This document shows, in pieces, positions 61,057 through 64,000 of a stretch of 64,000 nucleotides of DNA. A program made the translations under genes and the position numbers. The stretch's first letter is position 1. Each line of letters starts with the position of its first letter. Source of the DNA: Candidatus Multivoradales bacterium (GTDB lineage Bacteria > Acidobacteriota > Thermoanaerobaculia > Multivoradales > JAHEKO01); NCBI GenBank assembly GCA_965223155.1, contig CBDCVR010000014.1, positions 384,001 to 448,000 on the forward strand, written 5' to 3'. Under the pieces are notes generated by a model, which searched no databases, was not told where the DNA came from, and saw nothing but the letters and a program-made list of their open reading frames with translations.

Positions 61057-61890
61057 CTATTGTACGTCCTCGCCGGAGGTGGGGTTGCATGCGGCGGCAT
61101 GGACCAGCGTCGCCGCCACGATCCGGTCCATCTCATCGAGCAAGCGGTGGTCGCCGTCTTCGATGAGGTCGAGATGGGTACTTTCCGGCGTGGCCTCCGC
61201 GAAGCGTACGACCTCGCGCCAGGAAACCCGGTCGTCGCGACGTCCCTGGAAGACCTGGGTTGGACCGGAATGCAACGCCACCAGCCTGTCTGTCGGATAC
61301 CGCTCGAGATCGGCGACGAACTCCCAGCCCAGGTCGAAACTGCCGAGCTCGTTGGTCACCGTCAGCGAGCCCCGTTCCCGCCAGGAATCCAATCCCTCCG
61401 CACCCAGTTGCTCGGCCATGACTCGTTCGATACCCAGGGCCGGCGCGATCACGGTCAAGCCGGTGACCGGCAGGCTCGACGTGGCCGCATGCCAGAGGGC
61501 GACCAGGCCGCCGAACGAGGACCCGATAACGTAGACCGGCGTCCGCAACTCGTCAATCCCGGCGCGTGCCCGCTCCACGTCTCGCAGGCTACGCGACAGC
61601 GACAGACCGAGGACGTCGCCTCCGGAGCGTCCGTGCCCCTGAAAATCCAGGGCCACAAAGGAAAGACCGGCGTCCCGAGCGCGCCCGCGGAAGCGGTCCG
61701 CCTTCTCGCCGTCCTGACTCGAACCGAAACCGTGGAGGTAGAGCACGGCCCCGGCCGAGGTCGCCCCGGCCGCCGGCACGGCGACCGAAACCTCGAGCGC
61801 CGCATCGTCCGGCCCCGGGGGACGGCGCTTGGCCGGTATCCGAGACCGTCGCATCGCGGCAGGATAGACCAGCGACACGGAACCGTCCAC
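61057..61890 (-). CDS. Alpha/beta hydrolase (YqiA-like)
   Basis: YLHGFGS, GSSFGG, QGRRDD, GDH. Confidence 0.85.
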   Translation of the reverse strand: MDGSVSLVYPAAMRRSRIPAKRRPPGPDDAALEVSVAVPAAGATSAGAVLYLHGFGSSQDGEKADRFRGRARDAGLSFVALDFQGHGRSGGDVLGLSLSRSLRDVERARAGIDELRTPVYVIGSSFGGLVALWHAATSSLPVTGLTVIAPALGIERVMAEQLGAEGLDSWRERGSLTVTNELGSFDLGWEFVADLERYPTDRLVALHSGPTQVFQGRRDDRVSWREVVRFAEATPESTHLDLIEDGDHRLLDEMDRIVAATLVHAAACNPTSGEDVQ

Positions 61891-61979
61891 GCACGAGACT
61901 CAGGTCCCGTGACCCACCAAGCGCCGAGGCCCGGACGAGCACCCTGGACGGAACCGAGCGGTGTGGCAGGATTCCGGAG

Positions 61980-62921
61980 ATGCGCGATCGCCTCGAAGCC
62001 CGAATCCCAGCCCGGGTGACCTTTGCCGCCGGCGTGGCGCTCGCTCTAGGCGGCTGCGTGTCACTGGCGCCGGTGGCCGAGATCGCGCCGAAGAACGCCA
62101 CGTTCTTCGAGTTTCGTGGCCAGAGGATCCACTACGTCGAACGGGGAACCGGTCCGCTCGTCATCCTGGTCCACGGTTTCGGCGGGTCGACCGACAGCTG
62201 GCGGCACGTGATGCCGGCACTCGCGGCCGGCCATAGAGTCGTCGCGGTGGACCTCTTCGGCTTCGGCCTGAGCCCGAGACCTCGAGAGCGGCACTGGTAC
62301 TCCAGGACCTCCCAGACCGAGCTTCTGGCCGCAACGATCACCGCCCTCGGCGAGGACTCGGCCCACTTCGTGGGACACTCCTACGGCGGCGGGCTGGTCC
62401 AGACACTGGCCTGGTGGAAACCCGAGGCCGTGCGCTCGTTCATGCTCGTCAACAGCACTGCCGCCTACTACTCCGACGCGCGGCGCCATCCGCTCGCCCG
62501 TCCCCCGTTCTCACTCCTCTACGTTCGCGGCTTCCTCAGGCCCTGGCTGGTGCGCCGTTCGCTAGCGCGCTCGTTTTTCGATGATTCCAGGATCACGCCG
62601 GCCCTGGTCGAGCGCTACTTGGAGCGCCTGCGCATCCGGGGCGCGGCACGCGCCTATGCGGGTCTTACCGCTCCCTCCCCGCCCGACCCGCGCTTTGCCG
62701 GGTTCAAGCTCGAAGCCCTGAGCCAGCCGGCGTTGGTGATTTGGGGAGACGAGGACGACCTGATCTCCGCCGACCACGGCAAGAAAGCGGCCGACCGGCT
62801 ACTCAACGGGCGCTTCGTGACCCTTCCGGATTGCGGCCATATCCCGATGGAAGAAAAGCCGAGCGAACTCGTCCGAGTCATGACACAATTCCTTGCCGGC
62901 CGCGCCCGCCCCGCCCTCTAG
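61980..62921 (+). CDS. Alpha/beta hydrolase lipoprotein
   Basis: LGGC lipobox, VHGFGG, GHSYGG, WGDED, CGH. Confidence 0.88.
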   Translation: MRDRLEARIPARVTFAAGVALALGGCVSLAPVAEIAPKNATFFEFRGQRIHYVERGTGPLVILVHGFGGSTDSWRHVMPALAAGHRVVAVDLFGFGLSPRPRERHWYSRTSQTELLAATITALGEDSAHFVGHSYGGGLVQTLAWWKPEAVRSFMLVNSTAAYYSDARRHPLARPPFSLLYVRGFLRPWLVRRSLARSFFDDSRITPALVERYLERLRIRGAARAYAGLTAPSPPDPRFAGFKLEALSQPALVIWGDEDDLISADHGKKAADRLLNGRFVTLPDCGHIPMEEKPSELVRVMTQFLAGRARPAL

Positions 62922-62941
62922 TCCGTTCCCAAGCAAGCACC

Positions 62942-64000
62942 ATGTCCCAGATGTTTACCGGCGGAATTCCGCACGCCAGCTCGAATGCCGTCGAGCTCGA
63001 GTTCGCGGACCTCGGCCTCGACGACGCGCTTCTGGCCGTCCTCGAGGACATCAACTTCTTCCATCCGACGCCGATTCAGGCGGAGGCCATCCCGCTGGCG
63101 CTCGAAGGCCGGGATCTTTTCGGCCTGGCCGAAACCGGCTCGGGCAAGACCGCGGCGTTCTGCCTGCCGATGCTCCAGAGGCTCGCCGGAGGCGAGCCCA
63201 GCACTGGCTTGATCCTCTGCCCGACACGGGAGATCGCGCTTCAGACCAAGTCGTTTCTCGAGGCGGTCTCGCCGGCGATGAGCCTCAAGTCGGCGTGCCT
63301 CATCGGCGGCGTGCCGATGGACCCTCAGATCCAAAGTCTCAAAGCCGGAGCGCACATCATCGTGGCAACGCCCGGGCGTCTCCTGGATCACGTCGGCCGA
63401 CGCACGCTGTCCTTGAACAAGGTCCGCGAGGTCGTCCTGGACGAGGGCGACCACATGCTGGATCTCGGCTTCCTGCCGCAGATCCTGCGCGTCCTCGAGC
63501 TGGTGCCCGAGGACCGTCACACGATGATGTTCTCAGCCACCATGCCGTCCCCGATCGAGCGCATCGCCAAGCGCTTCATGCGCGAGACCGTGCGCGTCGA
63601 TCACCGGCCGTCGGGCCGCACCGCCCAGGGCATCGAGCACCGCCTGTACCTGGTGCAGCCCGAGGACATGCGCGCCTGTCTGGTGTCGCTCGTAGAGGAC
63701 CATCCGGGCAGCACGGTGGTCTTCCTTCGTCGGAAGATCGACGCGGAATGGGCGTATCGCCAGCTCGCCGCCGAAGACCAGAAGGTCGCTCGCATGCACT
63801 CGGACCGGAGTCAGCGGCAGCGTGTGGCCGCTCTCGACGGCCTGCGTAGCGGCAAGTACCGGATTCTCCTGGCCACCAACATCGCCGCGCGCGGCATCGA
63901 CATCCCGGCGATCGAGCACATCATCAACTACGGCACGCCGGACAACGTCGAAGAGTACGTTCACCGGGCCGGCCGGACCGCCCGCGGCGAGGCCAGCGGC
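62942..64000 (+). CDS. DEAD-box RNA helicase (partial; DEGD variant)
   Basis: Manual translation: Q-motif PTPIQ, AETGSGKT, PTRE, TPGR, LDEGD, SAT, ARGID, HRAGRTAR. Runs off the window edge. Confidence 0.93.
   Translation, partial: MSQMFTGGIPHASSNAVELEFADLGLDDALLAVLEDINFFHPTPIQAEAIPLALEGRDLFGLAETGSGKTAAFCLPMLQRLAGGEPSTGLILCPTREIALQTKSFLEAVSPAMSLKSACLIGGVPMDPQIQSLKAGAHIIVATPGRLLDHVGRRTLSLNKVREVVLDEGDHMLDLGFLPQILRVLELVPEDRHTMMFSATMPSPIERIAKRFMRETVRVDHRPSGRTAQGIEHRLYLVQPEDMRACLVSLVEDHPGSTVVFLRRKIDAEWAYRQLAAEDQKVARMHSDRSQRQRVAALDGLRSGKYRILLATNIAARGIDIPAIEHIINYGTPDNVEEYVHRAGRTARGEASG

Noticed and set aside
63430-63460. DEGD instead of DEAD in the helicase
   Set aside because: The third position of motif II is known to vary, and all other motifs are intact.

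Overview
High-GC bacterial chromosomal window; an Acidobacteriota-like origin is my inference from gene content, not established. The left edge holds the start of a tyrosine integrase beside tRNA-Lys(UUU), probably an island boundary. Next come fcl, purA, a ~1250-aa lipoprotein with two CxxCH heme motifs, and a storage-granule cluster (ABC1 kinase, patatin, phasin, frameshifted phaR, ArsA/GET3 pair). The middle has galK with a TRAP transporter, a cbpA-clpB-rhomboid-hsp20 heat-shock locus with HAIR-like operators, a histidine kinase plus GGDEF-EAL pair, a small foreign-looking insert, TetR plus an hcrCAB-like molybdoenzyme, gmd, infC (ATA start) and manA. The main finding is a candidate glyco-RiPP locus at ~44-56 kb. 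It has an unannotated 50-aa twin-arginine precursor ending ASA-QPNTT, a PqqD/RRE protein, an HPr-kinase-like kinase, a nucleotidyltransferase, five to six glycosyltransferases (including GT2-TPR and GT10) and PAPS-synthesis genes, with no lasso cyclase or peptidase. An ArsC-like selenoprotein (in-frame UGA plus SECIS-like hairpin) missed by the ORF track follows it. All calls come from motif reading; no database searches were run.
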